Translations under genes and position numbers: made by a program | In this document: piece after piece, positions 61,892 to 64,000 of the stretch | Layout of the letters: each line of letters starts with the position of its first letter | Numbering within the stretch: the stretch's first letter is position 1 | Notes under the pieces: model-generated | Told to the model about the DNA's origin: nothing | Databases searched by the model: none | What the model saw: the letters and a program-made list of their open reading frames with translations, nothing else | Source: Oscillospiraceae bacterium | GTDB taxonomy: Bacteria > Bacillota > Clostridia > Oscillospirales > CAG-272 | NCBI GenBank assembly: GCA_015065065.1 | Contig: SVQX01000002.1 | Coordinates: 10,233 to 74,232, forward strand | Direction: 5' to 3' | DNA: 64,000 nt

Positions 61892-62062
61892 TCAGTCAGC
61901 CTTGGGAGCATCAACAGGGCAAGCGTCTGCGCAAGAACCGCAGTCGATGCAGGTGTCAGCATCAATTTCGTACTTGCCGTCGCCCTCGGAGATAGCGCTT
62001 ACAGGACATGCCTCAGCACAAGCACCGCAGGAAACGCAATCATCACTGATCTTGTATGCCAT
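61892..62062 (-). CDS. 2x[4Fe-4S] ferredoxin
   Basis: MAYKISDDCVSCGACAEACP...CIDCGSCADACP. Clostridial-type, 56 aa. Confidence 0.9.
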   Translation of the reverse strand: MAYKISDDCVSCGACAEACPVSAISEGDGKYEIDADTCIDCGSCADACPVDAPKAD

Positions 62063-62231
62063 TGTTAGTACCTCCATTAAAATGATTGCCGTATATGATA
62101 CGAACTGTCGCTTATCACGACTACGCTTCTATTTTATCATATAACGAGAAAAATGCAAGTGCAATTTGTAAATTTCACTACGGATTTAATCAATATACTG
62201 TAAACAAATTATTAACACGCACACCGACAGC

Positions 62232-63500
62232 TCAATCGCTGTCCTTGGGCTGGGTATTATCATGGGCGTGAGCATACCCCTTGCCGCCAATCGGAGTTAC
62301 GTCATCACGCTTATATCTCTTGGGTGCAGTTTCATTTTCTGCTCGAAGGCTGACTTTTACCTCCTCGGCAAGGGGGAATATCTCGGTTACCACGCCCTGA
62401 CCGTCGGGAGTATTGACGATAGTGCCTACCGCGGGAGATTTTCTTATCTCCTCGGCGTAAACGTCATATTCGTAGCGCAGACAGCACATAAGTCTTCCGC
62501 AACAGCCTGATATTTTGGTAGAATTGAGTGAGAGATTTTGCTCTTTAGCCATTTTCATGGACACTTGGCCGAAGTCGGAGAGAAAGGTGGAGCAACAGAG
62601 CGGTCTGCCGCAGGTTCCAAGTCCGCCAAGCATTCTCGCTTCGTCACGTATACCGATCTGGCGAAGCTCTATACGGATGTGGAAAACGCCTGCAAGATCC
62701 TTAACAAGCTCACGGAAATCAACACGTCCCGCAGAGGTAAAATAGAACAAGAGCTTGCTGTTGTCAAAGGTATATTGTGCGCGGACAAGCTTCATATCAA
62801 GTCCGTGAGCCAATATCTTTTGCACGCACACCTTGAAAGCCTCATCCTCTTTGAGAATATTCTCCTTATTGTGCCGAATATCGTCGTCAGTTGCAATTCT
62901 GACTACCGGACGGAGAGGGGATACAAGCAGTGACTCGTCGACAAGACGTGGAGATATGCACACCTCGCCAAATTCCATTCCGCGTGCGGTTTCCACAACT
63001 GCATAATTTCCGACCTTGCATTTCAGCTTTTTGGGATCGAAATAGTAGGTCTTTCCGCCCGAATTGAAGCGGATACCGACAATTACAGCCTTGCCTTTTG
63101 GGATAACGTCGGGTATGACATTGGGCTTGAATTTTTCGGATGCCTGTTCAGCCATTATGATCCTGTCAAGCTCATCACCCACAGAATCACTGTAGTCAAG
63201 CGCAGGCATATCATCCACCAGAATATTATCCATATCCGGCATATCGATAGGGCGTGGTGTAGTATTTTGCGCACGCGCAGGACGACCAGCCGATATTTTA
63301 CTTTCGCCAGCAGGGGCTGCAGACTGCTCCTTCACCACTGCGTTCTGAGTTGCTTGATTCGCGTTTGCCGACTTATCAGCACCTCCGTTGCGATTACGGT
63401 TGCGGAAACGACGGTTTCTTTTATGATAAAAAGACTTTTTGCTACCATCCTTTTGAGAGGCGGCCTGATTTTCTCGGTTATTGTTTTGCTCGTTTGCCAT
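62232..63500 (-). CDS. ricT: PSP1-domain protein RicT/YaaT with long N-terminal extension
   Basis: The PSP1 core (GIRFNSGGKTYYFDP ... GRPLCCSTFL ... GRLMCCLRYE) follows about 137 aa of low-complexity basic/Asn-rich sequence. ATG 63500 is preferred (10 nt after GAAAGG); ATG 63509 is the alternative. Confidence 0.85.
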   Translation of the reverse strand: MANEQNNNRENQAASQKDGSKKSFYHKRNRRFRNRNRNGGADKSANANQATQNAVVKEQSAAPAGESKISAGRPARAQNTTPRPIDMPDMDNILVDDMPALDYSDSVGDELDRIIMAEQASEKFKPNVIPDVIPKGKAVIVGIRFNSGGKTYYFDPKKLKCKVGNYAVVETARGMEFGEVCISPRLVDESLLVSPLRPVVRIATDDDIRHNKENILKEDEAFKVCVQKILAHGLDMKLVRAQYTFDNSKLLFYFTSAGRVDFRELVKDLAGVFHIRIELRQIGIRDEARMLGGLGTCGRPLCCSTFLSDFGQVSMKMAKEQNLSLNSTKISGCCGRLMCCLRYEYDVYAEEIRKSPAVGTIVNTPDGQGVVTEIFPLAEEVKVSLRAENETAPKRYKRDDVTPIGGKGYAHAHDNTQPKDSD

Positions 63501-63532
63501 TTTAAGCATACCTTTCTATATAAATTTCGCCG

Positions 63533-64000
63533 TTACAACAGCTCTGCATCAACACACATCCGCGTCAAGGTCAGGCGCAGATTGCCGTTTCGTTCAAAGG
63601 AATTTACAGCGTTTTCAACGGCGTTATACACATTCAGAATAAATTGCGACGTCATATCGTCCGAAATAGCCAAGGCTATGTTTGCGTCGGTATAATATTT
63701 CAGCACGACGCTCTCGCACCTTTTAACAAGCAAAAGATCGCGGAGGGCAAGAGAGATAAGACGCAGTATCTCAATCGCCTCGTCGCGCTTATTGCCGAAG
63801 GCGGGAATAAGTGCGGGGAGCATTTTGGAATCACGGTGGCGGCACAGGGATATAAAATCGTCCGCTACGGTGCGGCGTTGGGATATTTTTTTCCGCTCCT
63901 TGGTATCTGTAAGCTCAAGCGCGCGTCCAATACATCCGTCGGCACTCAAAATGATAGTTTCAAATTCAGCAGGGGAGGCGGTGCGCAAATTACGCACGTC
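63533..64000 (-). CDS. holB: DNA polymerase III delta' subunit (HolB), C-terminal part; 5' end lies beyond the window
   Basis: The ORF is open to the window edge. Helical C-terminal domain. The call rests mainly on conserved holB-yaaT synteny. Confidence 0.55.
   Translation of the reverse strand, partial: DVRNLRTASPAEFETIILSADGCIGRALELTDTKERKKISQRRTVADDFISLCRHRDSKMLPALIPAFGNKRDEAIEILRLISLALRDLLLVKRCESVVLKYYTDANIALAISDDMTSQFILNVYNAVENAVNSFERNGNLRLTLTRMCVDAELL

Overview
This looks like a core-chromosome segment of a spore-forming Firmicute, probably Clostridia-like. Evidence: PolC, Fe-S AddAB, sigG, ylbJ, yqfC-yqfD and ricT, with mid-range GC by eye. About 64 protein genes are tightly packed. 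In order they are: addA(partial)-addB-queG; a parvulin PPIase; an RluA-family synthase; rpsU; cysteine desulfurase plus DUF3343; ylbJ divergent from yqfC-yqfD-phoH-M16 peptidase-(Lys-rich ORF)-SDR; mcsA-mcsB-clpC; DUF1385; nagB-sigG; the conserved pyrH-frr-uppS-cdsA-dxr-rseP-ispG-polC block; a small accessory cluster (DUF1643, M50B-like membrane HExxH protein, lipoprotein, VanZ, metallophosphoesterase); pyrBI; eno; uvrB-(small membrane gene)-uvrA; two TIM-barrel sugar-phosphate isomerase-type genes; SRP RNA-dnaX-ybaB-recR; a complete hisZGDCBHAFIE operon; ttcA-like/trmN6/ferredoxin; ricT-holB(partial). I saw no CRISPR array, transposase, integrase, prophage, tRNA/rRNA gene or recognisable defence island, and no convincing new multi-gene system. 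The most unusual items are: (1) an intact McsB homologue whose guanidino-kinase signature residues are replaced, in an operon that lacks ctsR; (2) a DUF1643 protein with UDG-like motifs abutting polC; (3) a very Lys-rich small ORF; (4) a membrane gene and structured spacer splitting uvrB from uvrA; (5) a RicT/YaaT with a roughly 137-aa basic N-terminal extension; (6) a decayed inositol-monophosphatase gene fragment; (7) a few small tandem repeats and hairpin-rich spacers. All functional calls come from motif and synteny recognition by eye. No database search, HMM or folding computation was run.
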